Below, piece by piece: positions 31,959 through 42,091 of a stretch of 64,000 bases of DNA (positions within the stretch are counted from its first letter, which is position 1; every line of letters begins with the position of its first letter). The position numbers and the translations under genes were made by a program. The notes below the pieces were generated by a model. The model worked only from the letters and a program-made list of their open reading frames with translations. It made no database searches and was not told where the DNA came from. The stretch covers positions 129,936 through 193,935 of the forward strand of contig JAILWO010000004.1 in assembly GCA_025698895.1 (NCBI GenBank), given 5' to 3'. The stretch comes from Rhizobiaceae bacterium (GTDB taxonomy: Bacteria; Pseudomonadota; Alphaproteobacteria; Rhizobiales; Rhizobiaceae).

Positions 31959-33395
31959 ATGACCGCCGACCTCTCCACGAGCCTTGCACTGGCCACGCCC
32001 GAACTGATCCTGGCCGCCGGAGCGATGGTGCTGCTCATGGTCGGCGTCTATTCGAGCGAGCGCGGCGCCAATCTCGTCAACGGCCTGTCGGTGGCGCTCC
32101 TGCTTCTGGCCGGCGTGTGGCTGGTTCTGTTCACCGGCCATGGCCAGGCCTTCGGCGGCGCCTTCGTGTCCGACCCCTTCGCCGTCTTCATGAAGGTGCT
32201 GACGCTGACGGGCTCGGTGGTGACGCTCGTCATGTCGGTCGGCTTCGCGCGCGAGGAGAAGTTCGACAAGTTCGAGTTCCCTGTGCTGATCATGCTGTCG
32301 ACGCTCGGCATGATGCTGATGATCTCGGCCGATGACATGCTGGCGCTCTATCTCGGGCTCGAACTGCAGTCGCTGGCGCTCTACGTGGTCGCCGCCATCA
32401 ACCGCGACTCGGTGCGCGCCACCGAGGCCGGCCTGAAATATTTCGTGCTGGGCGCGCTGTCGTCGGGCATGCTGCTCTACGGCATCAGCCTCGTCTATGG
32501 CTATACGGGCAATACCGGCTTTACCGAGATCGCCGCGGCGCTGACCGGAGCGGAGCGCCAGCTCGGCCTCGTCTTCGGCCTCGTCTTCGTGCTGGCTGGG
32601 CTCGCCTTCAAGATCTCGGCCGTGCCGTTCCACATGTGGACGCCGGATGTCTATGAGGGCGCGCCGACGCCCGTCACGGCCTTCTTCGCGGCCGCGCCCA
32701 AGATGGCGGCCATGGCGCTTCTGGTGCGGGTCACGGTGGACGCCTTCCAGCCGGTCGCGCCAGACTGGCAGCAGATCATCGTCTTCATCGCGATCGCGTC
32801 GATGGCGCTCGGGGCCTTCGCGGCGATCGGCCAGAAGAACATCAAGCGCCTGATGGCCTATTCCTCGATCGCCCATATGGGCTTCGCCCTGGTCGGGCTG
32901 GCGGCCAACAGCCAGGCCGGCGTGCGCGGCGTGGCCATCTACATGCTGATCTACCTGTCGATGACGCTCGGCACCTTCGCCTTCATCCTGGCCATGCGCC
33001 GTCGCGAGGGGCCGGTCGAGCAGATCGACGACCTGGCGGGACTGTCGGCGACCAACCCGATGATGGCGACGATCCTGACGATCCTGATGTTCTCGCTGAC
33101 CGGCATCCCGCCGCTCGCCGGCTTCTGGGCCAAGTGGTATGTCTTCCTGGCCGCCATCGACGCCGGCCTCTACGCGCTTGCCGTGCTGGGCGTGCTCGCC
33201 TCGGTGGTCGGCGCCTACTACTATCTGCGCATCATCAAGATCATGTGGTTCGACGAGCCGCTGGGCGGTTTCGTCCCGATGGCCGGGGAGCTGAGGCTCG
33301 TTCTGATGCTCTCGGGCCTTTTCGTGCTCGGCTACATGCTGGTCGGCGGCCCCATCGAGGCGATGGCGGGCGCGGCCGCGGCAACATTCTTCTGA
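31959..33395 (+). CDS. nuoN: NADH-quinone oxidoreductase subunit N
   Basis: 478 aa ND2-like subunit ([27 protein letters not shown]). It is the last nuo gene. Confidence 0.95.
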   Translation: MTADLSTSLALATPELILAAGAMVLLMVGVYSSERGANLVNGLSVALLLLAGVWLVLFTGHGQAFGGAFVSDPFAVFMKVLTLTGSVVTLVMSVGFAREEKFDKFEFPVLIMLSTLGMMLMISADDMLALYLGLELQSLALYVVAAINRDSVRATEAGLKYFVLGALSSGMLLYGISLVYGYTGNTGFTEIAAALTGAERQLGLVFGLVFVLAGLAFKISAVPFHMWTPDVYEGAPTPVTAFFAAAPKMAAMALLVRVTVDAFQPVAPDWQQIIVFIAIASMALGAFAAIGQKNIKRLMAYSSIAHMGFALVGLAANSQAGVRGVAIYMLIYLSMTLGTFAFILAMRRREGPVEQIDDLAGLSATNPMMATILTILMFSLTGIPPLAGFWAKWYVFLAAIDAGLYALAVLGVLASVVGAYYYLRIIKIMWFDEPLGGFVPMAGELRLVLMLSGLFVLGYMLVGGPIEAMAGAAAATFF

Positions 33396-33398
33396 GGA

Positions 33399-34229
33399 AT
33401 GGCGTTCTCTCTCGCTCCGGGGGCAATCGGCGACGGCTACAGGCTGGAAGCGCATGAAAGCGTCGGTTCGACCAACGCGCTGGCGCTCGAACGCGCCGCG
33501 GCCGGCGATCCGGGGCTGCTCTGGATCGTTTCCAAGAGGCAGGAGACCGGCCGGGGCCGGCGCGGTCGCGCCTGGGCCACACCTCACGGCAATCTCGCCG
33601 CCTCGCTGCTCCTGACGGGAACCGACCTGCGCGTGGCCGCCACCCTCGGCTTCGTGGCCGGCCTGTCGCTGGGCGATGCGCTGGAGGCCGCGGTTCCCGG
33701 TCTCGGCGTGGCGGTCGCGCCCGACGGCGGCAATCTGGGGGGCGGTCGCTTCGAGCTCAAATGGCCGAACGACGTGCTGGCCAACGGCGCCAAGCTGGCC
33801 GGCATCCTGCTCGAATCGGGCATGGACGCGCAGGGCCGTCCCGCTCTCGTGATCGGCATCGGCGTCAATGTGGTGTCGCATCCCGATGATCTGCCCTATC
33901 CGGCGACCTCGCTTTCGGCACTCGGCTCGCCGGTAGGCGCCGAGGAACTGTTCACGGCGCTGTCGGATGCCTGGGTGACGAACTACCGGCTCTGGGACCC
34001 GGGCAGGGGGCTTTCGGCGGTGCGAAGCAAATGGCTGGGCCGCGCGGCGGGCCTTGGCGGGGAAGTCGCCGTCTCGATCGACGGCAAGGTGAGGCGCGGC
34101 GTCTTCGAAACGATCGACGAGGAGTGCCGCTTCGTGATGCGCACCCGGGAGGGCGAGCGGTTCGCCGTGGCCGCCGGCGACGTTCATTTCGGCGCGGTGG
34201 CTTCGGCCACCGCCGGGGAGAGGGCCTGA
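33399..34229 (+). CDS. birA: biotin--[acetyl-CoA-carboxylase] ligase (no N-terminal HTH)
   Basis: 276 aa with BPL motifs (ESVGSTN, QETGRGRRGRAW, KWPNDVL...KLAGILLE). The position after nuoN is typical for Rhizobiales. Confidence 0.85.
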   Translation: MAFSLAPGAIGDGYRLEAHESVGSTNALALERAAAGDPGLLWIVSKRQETGRGRRGRAWATPHGNLAASLLLTGTDLRVAATLGFVAGLSLGDALEAAVPGLGVAVAPDGGNLGGGRFELKWPNDVLANGAKLAGILLESGMDAQGRPALVIGIGVNVVSHPDDLPYPATSLSALGSPVGAEELFTALSDAWVTNYRLWDPGRGLSAVRSKWLGRAAGLGGEVAVSIDGKVRRGVFETIDEECRFVMRTREGERFAVAAGDVHFGAVASATAGERA

Positions 34230-35896
34230 TGGCTGACAATGAGCTGGTTTTCGTGCCGCTGGGCGGCCTCGGCGAAATCGGGATGAATTTCGCCCTTTAC
34301 GGCTATGGACCGAAGGCGAAGAAGACCTGGATCGTGGTCGATTGCGGCGTCACGTTCCCGCAACCGGACCAGCCCGGCATCGAGCTCGTGCTGCCCGACA
34401 TCCAGTTCCTCGCCGACAAGGCCGACGACATCGCCGGCATCGTCATCACCCACGCCCATGAGGATCACTACGGCGCGCTGCTCGACCTGTGGCCGATGCT
34501 GAAGGTTCCGGTGTGGGCCACCCCCTTCACCGCCGGCCTGCTGGAGGCCAAGCGTCAGGCGGAGCAGGGCGCGCCGAAGGTTCCGGTCGAGATCTATCGG
34601 GCAGGCGAAAAGTTCGAGATCGGCCCGTTCGCCTTCGAGGCGGTCGCCGTCAGCCACTCGATCCCCGAACCGGTTTCGCTGGCGATCCGCACGCCGGCGG
34701 GCATGGTCATCCATACGGGCGACTGGAAGCTCGATCCCGCGCCGGAACTCGGCCCGCCGCTCGACGAGGCCAGGTTCCGCGCGCTCGGAGACGAGGGCGT
34801 GCTGGCGCTGGTCTGCGATTCCACCAATGCCATGCGCGAGGGCGAGTCGCCCTCCGAGCAGGCGGTCGGCGAGGGCATCCGCAAGGAGATCGAGAAGGCG
34901 AAGGGGCGGGTGGCGATCACCACCTTCTCGTCCAATGTCGGGCGCATCAAGGGAATCGCGGAGGCCGCGCGGGACGCCGGCCGTCAGGTGCTGGTGCTCG
35001 GACGCTCGCTCAGGCGTGTGATCGACGTGGCAACGGAGCTGGGCTATCTCGAGGGCCTGCCGCGCTTCCTCGACGAGGAGGAGTTCGGCTATCTGCCGCG
35101 CGAGAACGCCGTCATCCTGTGCACCGGCAGCCAGGGCGAGCCGCGCGCCGCGCTCGCCAAACTGGCGCGCGACGAGATGCGCCACATCAAGCTGTCGCCG
35201 GGCGACACGGTGCTGTTTTCCTCGCGCGTCATCCCCGGCAATGAAAAGGCGATCCTGGAGATCAAGAACGGCCTGATCGACCAGGGCGTCAAGGTGGTCG
35301 AGGACGGCGATGCGGGCGCGCTCATCCATGTCTCGGGCCATCCGCGCCGATCCGAACTGAAGAAGATGTACGAATGGACGCGCCCGCGCATCCTCGTGCC
35401 GGCCCATGGCGAGGCCGCGCATCTGATGGCGCAGGGCGAGCTTGCCAGGGCGGCCGGCGTTCCCGAAATCGTCCAGGCGCGCAATGGCGACATGGTCAGG
35501 CTGGCGCCGGGCGCGGCCGAGATCGTGGACAAGGTGCCGTCCGGGCGCGTGTTCAAGGACGGGCGGCTCATCGGCTCGGACGTGGCGGTGGGCCTGCGCG
35601 AACGCCGCAAGCTGTCATTCGTCGGCCATGTCGCGATCAATGTCGTGCTGGACGAGCGGCTCGAACTGGCCGGCGATCCGGACCTGGTGGCAATCGGCGT
35701 GCCGGAGGCGGACCGCACGGGCGAACGCCTGGAGGACCTGATGCTGGACGCCGCGGTGGGCGCGGTCGAAAGCGTGCCGCGCCAACGCCGCAAGGATCTC
35801 GACGCGCTTGCCGAGTCCGTGCGCCGCGCGGTGCGTGCCGCCGCCAACGAAGCCTGGGGCAAGAAGCCGATCGTCACCGTCTTCGTGACGCAGTGA
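34229..35896 (+). CDS. rnj: ribonuclease J (metallo-beta-lactamase / beta-CASP)
   Basis: The ATG at 34229 shares one base with the birA stop (TGATG). It encodes 555 aa with VFVPLGGLGEIGMN and the HAHEDHYGAL zinc motif. The N-terminal 66 aa of the track ORF are Arg-rich junk. Confidence 0.88.
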   Translation: MADNELVFVPLGGLGEIGMNFALYGYGPKAKKTWIVVDCGVTFPQPDQPGIELVLPDIQFLADKADDIAGIVITHAHEDHYGALLDLWPMLKVPVWATPFTAGLLEAKRQAEQGAPKVPVEIYRAGEKFEIGPFAFEAVAVSHSIPEPVSLAIRTPAGMVIHTGDWKLDPAPELGPPLDEARFRALGDEGVLALVCDSTNAMREGESPSEQAVGEGIRKEIEKAKGRVAITTFSSNVGRIKGIAEAARDAGRQVLVLGRSLRRVIDVATELGYLEGLPRFLDEEEFGYLPRENAVILCTGSQGEPRAALAKLARDEMRHIKLSPGDTVLFSSRVIPGNEKAILEIKNGLIDQGVKVVEDGDAGALIHVSGHPRRSELKKMYEWTRPRILVPAHGEAAHLMAQGELARAAGVPEIVQARNGDMVRLAPGAAEIVDKVPSGRVFKDGRLIGSDVAVGLRERRKLSFVGHVAINVVLDERLELAGDPDLVAIGVPEADRTGERLEDLMLDAAVGAVESVPRQRRKDLDALAESVRRAVRAAANEAWGKKPIVTVFVTQ

Positions 35897-35899
35897 AAC

Positions 35900-35930
35900 G
35901 GTGAATGGTGAATGGTAAAATGGTGAATGG
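35900..35930. repeat. tandem heptamer array GGTGAAT x4 (third unit is an 8-mer, GGTAAAAT)
   Basis: Read directly: GGTGAAT GGTGAAT GGTAAAAT GGTGAAT GG. It starts 4 nt after the rnj stop and is the inverted complement of 35991-36014. Confidence 0.9.
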
Positions 35931-35990
35931 ACGCGCTTCCAGCGCAGCGTTCTGTCAGCATTGATCACGCCGGAATCTGGCCCGACTTCT

Positions 35991-36014
35991 ACCGTTCACC
36001 ATTCACCATTCACC
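35991..36014. repeat. tandem heptamer array (G/A)TTCACC x3, inverted partner of 35900-35930
   Basis: Read directly: ACC GTTCACC ATTCACC ATTCACC. It ends 17 nt before the mce ATG. Confidence 0.9.
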
Positions 36015-36030
36015 ATCGACAGGAAACCCA

Positions 36031-36444
36031 ATGCTTGGCCGCCTGAACCACGTCGCGCTCGCTGTCCCCGACCTCGCCGCGGCCGCCGAGACCTACCGGG
36101 CGACCCTCGGCGCGCGTGTGACCGCGCCGCAGGCGCTGCCCGAGCACGGCGTCACCGTGGTCTTCATCGAGCTTCCGAACACGAAGATCGAGCTGTTGGA
36201 GCCGCTGGGCGACGACTCGCCCATCGCCGCCTTTCTGGCGAAGAACCCGTCCGGCGGCATGCATCACGTCTGCTACGAGGTCGACGACATCCTGGCCGCG
36301 CGCGACCATCTGAAGGCGACCGGCGCGCGGGTCTTGGGCGACGGAGAGCCGAAGATCGGCGCGCATGGCAAGCCGGTGCTGTTTCTGCACCCCAAGGACT
36401 TCATGGGCACCCTGGTCGAACTGGAGCAGGTCCGGGCACGATGA
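36031..36444 (+). CDS. mce: methylmalonyl-CoA epimerase (VOC/glyoxalase fold)
   Basis: 137 aa (MLGRLNHVALAVPDL...GVTVVFIELPNTKIELLEPLG...GGMHHVCYEVDDI). Confidence 0.85.
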   Translation: MLGRLNHVALAVPDLAAAAETYRATLGARVTAPQALPEHGVTVVFIELPNTKIELLEPLGDDSPIAAFLAKNPSGGMHHVCYEVDDILAARDHLKATGARVLGDGEPKIGAHGKPVLFLHPKDFMGTLVELEQVRAR

Positions 36445-36710
36445 ACTGGCTGCTCGGATTCGCGATCTATTTCGTGCTGTGGTGGGTCGTGCTGTTCGCC
36501 ATGCTTCCGTTCGGCCTCAGGACGCAGGAGGAGGATGGCGAGGTGACGCCGGGCACCACCGAGAGCGCGCCGCACGGGTCGCACATGCCGGGCGCGCTGA
36601 TCCGCACGACGATCGTGGCGACGGTCATCTTCGCGATCGGCTACGGCCTGATCGTGGGGCTGGGCTATTCCTTCGACGACATTCCGCGCATCGTGCCCGA
36701 TTTCGGCTGA
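36441..36710 (+). CDS. DUF1467 family membrane protein
   Basis: The ATG at 36441 overlaps the mce stop (ATGA). It encodes 89 aa with two hydrophobic helices (MNWLLGFAIYFVLWWVVLFAMLPFG). The mce-DUF1467 pairing is typical of alphaproteobacteria. Confidence 0.7.
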   Translation: MNWLLGFAIYFVLWWVVLFAMLPFGLRTQEEDGEVTPGTTESAPHGSHMPGALIRTTIVATVIFAIGYGLIVGLGYSFDDIPRIVPDFG

Positions 36711-36792
36711 CGGCACCGCGTCGCGGCGGGGCGGAACAAACACAAGTTGCGATCCGTTGACGGCTCGACGCATCCGACCAATCGTTCGCCCC

Positions 36793-37467
36793 ATGACGTT
36801 TTCGATCATCGCGCGCTGCCCGCGAACGGGCCAGTTCGGTGCCGCAGCGACGACAGCGCTGCCGGCCGTCGGCAAGTTCGTCACGCATGCCTTTCCCGAC
36901 GCGGGCGCGGTCGCCACGCAGGCCTGGCTCAATCCCTATCTGGGGATCGACGGCCTCGCACTGCTGCGCGAGGGGTTGGACGCAAGCCAGGTGGTCGAGC
37001 GGCTCAAGCAAGAGGATCCGCGCATCGACCTCCGCCAGTTCGCCGTCATCGACCGGGCGGGTCGGACCGCGTGCTGGACGGGTACCAACTGCTCGGGCTG
37101 GGCCGGCTCGCTCGACGGCGACAGTTACAGCCTGCAGGGCAACCGGCTCTATGGCCGGCACGTGCTGGAGGCCGCCGCGAGAGTCTTCGAGATGTCGCCC
37201 GAGCATGCGCTGGTGGACCGCCTGATCGACGCGCTGGCGGCGGGCGTGGCCGAGGGCGGCGACAAGAAGGGCGAAAGCTCGGCGGCGATCTATGTCGTGG
37301 AGGACGAGGAGTATCCGATGTGGGACGTGCGCGTCGACGAGCATGACGACCCGGTCGAGGAACTGCGCCGCCTGAAGGGCATATTCGCCAAGAAGCTCGA
37401 ACCGCATATCCGCAACATGCCCAGGCGCGAGGAACCGGCCGGAGGTCCGGGAGACTACGATGTCTGA
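36793..37467 (+). CDS. DUF1028 family (Ntn-hydrolase-like) protein
   Basis: An internal ATG gives MTFSIIARCPRTGQFG..., the usual N-terminus of this family. The product is 224 aa. Confidence 0.75.
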   Translation: MTFSIIARCPRTGQFGAAATTALPAVGKFVTHAFPDAGAVATQAWLNPYLGIDGLALLREGLDASQVVERLKQEDPRIDLRQFAVIDRAGRTACWTGTNCSGWAGSLDGDSYSLQGNRLYGRHVLEAAARVFEMSPEHALVDRLIDALAAGVAEGGDKKGESSAAIYVVEDEEYPMWDVRVDEHDDPVEELRRLKGIFAKKLEPHIRNMPRREEPAGGPGDYDV

Positions 37468-38329
37468 GCCGACGGCGAAGGCGGGCGCGTCGCCGATGGT
37501 GGCGATCGAGGAGCCTCGGGGCGAGGCGCTCCCGCTGGTTTTCGATTCGCCGCACAGCGGCACCATCTATCCGGAGGATTTCCGCCACGCCACGACGCTG
37601 GAGCTGCTGCGGGGCAGCGAGGACCGTTTCGTGGACGACCTGTTCGCCGACGCGCCCGTCGCCGGGGCGACGCTGGTGCGGGCGCTGTTCGCGCGCAGCT
37701 ATATCGATCCCAACCGTTCCCTCTTCGACATCGACGTCGGGCTGATGTCGGACGACTGGCCCGAAGCGGTGGAGCCAAGCGAGACGACCAGGCGCGGCTT
37801 CGGCCTCGTCTTCAGGCTGCACGGCGAGGCGCAGCCCATCTATGACAGGAAGCTGGACACGGCCGAGATCAGGCGGCGCATCGAGACGTGCTGGCGACCC
37901 TTTCACGACGCGCTCGACGAAACGATCGCGGGATTGTGCGACGCACATGGCGCGGTCTGGCATATCAACTGCCATTCGATGCAGCCCGTCGGCAACGAAC
38001 TCGCGCCCGACCCGGGCAAGGTTCGGCCCGACATGGTGCTGGGCGATCTCGACGGGCGTTCCTGCGATCGCGCCTTCACCGATTTCGTTGCCGGCGCCCT
38101 CGAAGGTCTTGGCTATTCCGTCGCGCTGAACGATCCCTACAAGGGTGCCTATATCGTCGAGCGGCACGGGCGCCCGGACGACGGCCGCCACAGCCTGCAG
38201 ATCGAGGTCAACCGCAAGCTCTACATGAACCAGGACGACCTCGATCGGCACGAAGGCTTTGCCGGCCTGCGCCGCGACCTCGCGCAGCTGGCGCGACAGG
38301 TCGCCGATTTCGTGCGGGAGCAACTGTAG
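37460..38329 (+). CDS. N-formylglutamate amidohydrolase family protein
   Basis: 289 aa of FGase-like sequence (LVFDSPHSGTIYPEDF, WHINCHSM, NDPYKGAYIV). It overlaps the previous gene by 8 nt. Confidence 0.75.
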   Translation: MSEPTAKAGASPMVAIEEPRGEALPLVFDSPHSGTIYPEDFRHATTLELLRGSEDRFVDDLFADAPVAGATLVRALFARSYIDPNRSLFDIDVGLMSDDWPEAVEPSETTRRGFGLVFRLHGEAQPIYDRKLDTAEIRRRIETCWRPFHDALDETIAGLCDAHGAVWHINCHSMQPVGNELAPDPGKVRPDMVLGDLDGRSCDRAFTDFVAGALEGLGYSVALNDPYKGAYIVERHGRPDDGRHSLQIEVNRKLYMNQDDLDRHEGFAGLRRDLAQLARQVADFVREQL

Positions 38330-38344
38330 CGAGGACGATTGCCC

Positions 38345-38372
38345 AAAAAAAATGCAAGGCCGAAGCCTTGCA
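38345..38372 (-). terminator. Rho-independent terminator oriented for the minus strand
   Basis: Hairpin TGCAAGGC-CGAA-GCCTTGCA (38353-38372) is preceded on the plus strand by A8 (38345-38352). Read on the minus strand, that is a stem followed by U8. No U-tract follows it on the plus strand. Confidence 0.5.
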
Positions 38373-38768
38373 TCAGTGAACGCGTCCGATCCATTTCCGG
38401 TGTCCGGCGGCAGCGACTGCGCGCGCCAGGATCGCATCCTCCCAAGACTTTAGACCGCGTATCCGGGCGATTTTTTGGCATCGCCCTTATCGTGTGGAGG
38501 GGACACTAGCCGAATGCCGGACAAATTGTCACGCACAAAATCGCCGGGTCGCCGTCAAAATTGTGCTGCATTGCACAACGGCGCGCCATGGCCTGCCTCT
38601 TTGCGCATCAGGGGTTGAAAATCGGCTTTGCACAATGCGCGGTCCGGCCGCGACCGGCAGGCCGCCTTGGTTTGCAAGCGGTCACGAAATCGCTATGAAA
38701 CGCATGCATCGGAGCGTCGCGCGCGGAGGCGGCGATTCCTCCCGTTCCCCGCAGTCACGGACCATTTC

Positions 38769-40097
38769 ATGCGCCTGTCGCGATATTTCCTGCCCATCCT
38801 GAAGGAAAACCCCCGCGAGGCGGAGATCGTCTCGCACCGGCTCATGCTGCGCGCCGGCATGATCCGCCAGCAGGCGCAGGGCTCGTTCTCGTGGCTGCCG
38901 CTCGGCAAGCGCGTTCTCGACAAGGTCAACGCCATCATCCGCGAGGAGCAGAACCGCGCCGGCGCGCACGAGATCATCATGCCGACCGTGCAGTCGGCCG
39001 ATCTGTGGAAGGAAAGCGGCCGCTACAACGCCTACGGTCCCGAAATGCTGCGCATCAAGGACCGGCACGAGCGCGACATGCTCTACGGCCCGACCAACGA
39101 GGAGATGGTCACCGACATCTTCCGCAGCTATGTCCGCTCCTACAAGGACCTGCCGCTCAACCTCTACCACATCCAGTGGAAGTATCGCGACGAGGTGCGG
39201 CCGCGCTTCGGCGTGATGCGGTCGCGCGAATTCCTGATGAAGGACGCCTACAGTTTCGACCTCGACTACGAGGGCGCCAGGGCCGCCTACAACCGCATGT
39301 TCGTCGCCTATCTGAGGACCTTCACGCGCATGGGGCTGAAGGCGATCCCGATGCGCGCCGAGACCGGACCGATCGGCGGCGATCTCAGCCATGAATTCAT
39401 CATCCTGGCCGAGACGGGCGAGAGCGCGGTGTTCTGCCACCGGGACTTCCTGTCGCTGCCGGTGCCGCCCGAGGACGTCAATTTCGGCGACGACGCGGAA
39501 ATCGGCGGCATCGTCAAGGAGTGGACGACGCCCTATGCGGCCACCGACGACATGCACGACGAAACGGCCTGGAGCGAGATCGGCGAGGCCGACCGCCTGT
39601 CGGCGCGCGGCATCGAGGTTGGTCACATCTTCCACTTCGGCGAGAAATATTCGAAGCCGATGGGCGCCAAGGTCCAGGGGCCGGACGGCAAGGATCATTT
39701 CGTCTCGATGGGCTCCTACGGGATCGGGCCGTCGCGCCTGATCGCGGCGATCATCGAGGCGAGCCACGACGAGAGCGGCATCATCTGGCCCGAAAGCGTC
39801 GCGCCCTTCGACGTCGTCATCATCAACATGAAGGCGGGCGACGCGGACTGCGACCGCGTCTGCGAGGAACTCTACGCCGCCCACCGCGCCGCCGGCCTCG
39901 ACACGCTCTATGACGATACCGACCAGAGGGCCGGCGGCAAGTTCGCCACCGCCGACCTGATCGGCGTGCCGTGGCAGGTCATCGTCGGTCCGCGCGGCGT
40001 GGCCGCCGGCGACGTCGAGGTCAAGCGCCGCTCGACGGGCGAGCGCGACGTGAAGACGATCGAGACGCTTCTGGCTTCGCTCGGGAAGGGCGGATGA
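38769..40097 (+). CDS. proS: proline--tRNA ligase (short alphaproteobacterial type)
   Basis: An internal ATG gives [34 protein letters not shown]..., 442 aa. Class II motifs are present ([25 protein letters not shown]). Confidence 0.95.
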   Translation: MRLSRYFLPILKENPREAEIVSHRLMLRAGMIRQQAQGSFSWLPLGKRVLDKVNAIIREEQNRAGAHEIIMPTVQSADLWKESGRYNAYGPEMLRIKDRHERDMLYGPTNEEMVTDIFRSYVRSYKDLPLNLYHIQWKYRDEVRPRFGVMRSREFLMKDAYSFDLDYEGARAAYNRMFVAYLRTFTRMGLKAIPMRAETGPIGGDLSHEFIILAETGESAVFCHRDFLSLPVPPEDVNFGDDAEIGGIVKEWTTPYAATDDMHDETAWSEIGEADRLSARGIEVGHIFHFGEKYSKPMGAKVQGPDGKDHFVSMGSYGIGPSRLIAAIIEASHDESGIIWPESVAPFDVVIINMKAGDADCDRVCEELYAAHRAAGLDTLYDDTDQRAGGKFATADLIGVPWQVIVGPRGVAAGDVEVKRRSTGERDVKTIETLLASLGKGG

Positions 40098-41410
40098 GCG
40101 CGGCCGGCGAGACTTCCGCGGCACCCGCGCCCGCCCCGACGGCGCGGCTCGACGGCGCGGGGCCGTTCTCGCTCTACGAGCGCATGGTGGCGTGGCGCTA
40201 TCTGCGCTCGCGCCGCAAGGAGACGGTGATCTCGGTCATCGCCTCGATCTCCTTCGTCGGCATCATGCTGGGCGTGGCGACGCTGATCATCGTCATGGCG
40301 GTGATGAACGGCTTCCGGGCCGAACTGCTCGACCGCATCCTGGGCGTCAACGGCCATCTCGTCATGCAGCCGATCGACCGTCCTCTCGACGACTATGCCG
40401 AGACCGCCGCGCGCATCGCCAATGTCCCTGGTGTGAAGCGGGCTGTGCCGCTGGTGGAGGGGCAGTCCTTCGTTTCGGGCCGCGTCGGTCCCGGCACCGG
40501 CGCGCTGGTGCGCGGCGTGCGCGGCGAGGACCTGGCGCGCATGGAACTCGTCGCCGACAATGTCCGCCAGGGCACGATCGACACCTTCGACGCCTCGGAC
40601 GGGGTCGTGGTCGGCTCGCGGCTCGCGCAGAAGATCGGCGTCGGCATCGGCGACGGGATCAAGCTCTATGCTCCCGAGGGCGACGTGACGCCGTTCGGGG
40701 TCACGCCGCGCATGAAGGTCTATCCCGTCACCGCGATCTTCGAGGTCGGCATGTCCGACTACGATTCGGCGATCATCTACATGCCATTCGGCGAGGCGCA
40801 GCTCTTCTACAACGCCGAAGGGGTGGCACAGACGATCGAGATCTTCCTCGACGATCCCGACGCGGTGGACGAGATGCGGCCGCTGATCGAGGAGGCCGCG
40901 CAAAGGCCGCTCTTCCTGTCCGACTGGCGCCAGCGCAATCGCACCTTCTTCTCCGCGCTGCAGGTCGAGCGCAATGTCATGTTCATGATCCTGACCCTGA
41001 TCGTGCTGGTCGCGGCGCTGAACATCATTTCCGGCCTCATCATGCTGGTGAAGGACAAGGGGCACGACATCGCGATCCTGCGCACGATGGGCGCGACGAG
41101 CGGTTCTGTTATGCGCATCTTCATGATGACGGGCGCGGCCATCGGCGTTACGGGGACGGTCGCCGGCGTGGTTCTGGGTGTCATCGTGTGTCTCAACGTG
41201 GAGTCGATCCGGCAGTTCTTCTCATGGCTGTCGGGCACGACCCTGTTCGATCCGGAACTCTATTTCCTGAGCCAGCTGCCGGCGCGCATGGATTTCAGCG
41301 AGACGATGTCGGTCATCCTGATGGCACTGGTCCTGTCCTTCCTGGCGACGATCTTTCCGGCCTGGCGCGCCGCCAGGCTCGATCCCGTCGAGGCGCTGCG
41401 ATACGAATGA
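40094..41410 (+). CDS. lipoprotein-releasing ABC transporter permease (LolC/LolE family)
   Basis: The ATG at 40094 overlaps the proS stop (ATGA). It encodes 438 aa with the MacB-like periplasmic domain plus FtsX fold ([19 protein letters not shown]...DPVEALRYE). Confidence 0.88.
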   Translation: MSAAGETSAAPAPAPTARLDGAGPFSLYERMVAWRYLRSRRKETVISVIASISFVGIMLGVATLIIVMAVMNGFRAELLDRILGVNGHLVMQPIDRPLDDYAETAARIANVPGVKRAVPLVEGQSFVSGRVGPGTGALVRGVRGEDLARMELVADNVRQGTIDTFDASDGVVVGSRLAQKIGVGIGDGIKLYAPEGDVTPFGVTPRMKVYPVTAIFEVGMSDYDSAIIYMPFGEAQLFYNAEGVAQTIEIFLDDPDAVDEMRPLIEEAAQRPLFLSDWRQRNRTFFSALQVERNVMFMILTLIVLVAALNIISGLIMLVKDKGHDIAILRTMGATSGSVMRIFMMTGAAIGVTGTVAGVVLGVIVCLNVESIRQFFSWLSGTTLFDPELYFLSQLPARMDFSETMSVILMALVLSFLATIFPAWRAARLDPVEALRYE

Positions 41411-42087
41411 CCGCAACCGTCCTCGAACTCATCGGCGTCGAGCGCCGTTACCGGCAGGGTGAGCGTGAGCTGATCATCCTGGAACAGGCCGAGTTCTCGC
41501 TGGAGCCCGGCGAGATCGTGGCGCTGGTGGCGCCGTCGGGCGCCGGCAAATCGACGCTGCTCCATACCGCCGGCCTGCTCGAAAAACCCGATTCCGGCGA
41601 CGTGATCGTGGCCGGCAAACCCTGCGGACGCCTCTCGGACGATGAGCGCACCGCGATCCGCCGCAACGAGATCGGCTTCGTCTATCAGTTCCATCACCTG
41701 CTGCCGGAATTCTCGGCGCTGGAAAACATCATGATGCCGCAGCTCGTGCGCGGCCTGTCGCAGGCGGAGGCGAGGGACCGGGCGGCCCAACTGCTTGACT
41801 ACATGAAGATCGGCCCGCGCGCCGACCACCGGCCGGCCGAATTGTCGGGTGGCGAGCAGCAGCGGGTGGCGATAGCGCGGGCGGTGGCGAATGCGCCGCT
41901 GGTGCTTTTGGCCGACGAGCCGACCGGCAATCTCGACCCCAGGACTGCGGGCTATGTCTTCGAGGCGCTGGAAGCGCTGGTCAGGCAGTCGGGGCTGTCG
42001 GCGCTGATCGCGACCCACAATCACGAACTTGCCCAGCGCATGGACCGCCGCGTGACGCTCGAGCAGGGCAAGGTGGTCGAGGTCTGA
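41407..42087 (+). CDS. lolD: lipoprotein-releasing ABC transporter ATP-binding protein LolD
   Basis: The ATG at 41407 overlaps the permease stop. It encodes 226 aa with Walker [10 protein letters not shown], signature [14 protein letters not shown] and Walker [12 protein letters not shown]. Confidence 0.9.
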   Translation: MTATVLELIGVERRYRQGERELIILEQAEFSLEPGEIVALVAPSGAGKSTLLHTAGLLEKPDSGDVIVAGKPCGRLSDDERTAIRRNEIGFVYQFHHLLPEFSALENIMMPQLVRGLSQAEARDRAAQLLDYMKIGPRADHRPAELSGGEQQRVAIARAVANAPLVLLADEPTGNLDPRTAGYVFEALEALVRQSGLSALIATHNHELAQRMDRRVTLEQGKVVEV

Positions 42088-42091
42088 CGCC

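Noticed and set aside
28878-34187. Giant 1769-aa ORF on the minus strand.
   Set aside because: It lies entirely antisense to nuoL, nuoM, nuoN and birA, whose products have unmistakable conserved motifs. Its translation is Arg/His/Gly/Asp/Gln-rich low-complexity sequence with no motifs. This is a classic shadow ORF of high-GC DNA, where the antisense frame lacks stops.
38494-38802. 102-aa plus-strand ORF and 86-aa minus-strand ORF (38221-38481) in the spacer upstream of proS.
   Set aside because: They have Cys/Arg-rich, non-protein-like composition and no RBS. The minus-strand ORF runs through a terminator hairpin into the neighbouring gene, and the plus-strand ORF overlaps the true proS start out of frame.
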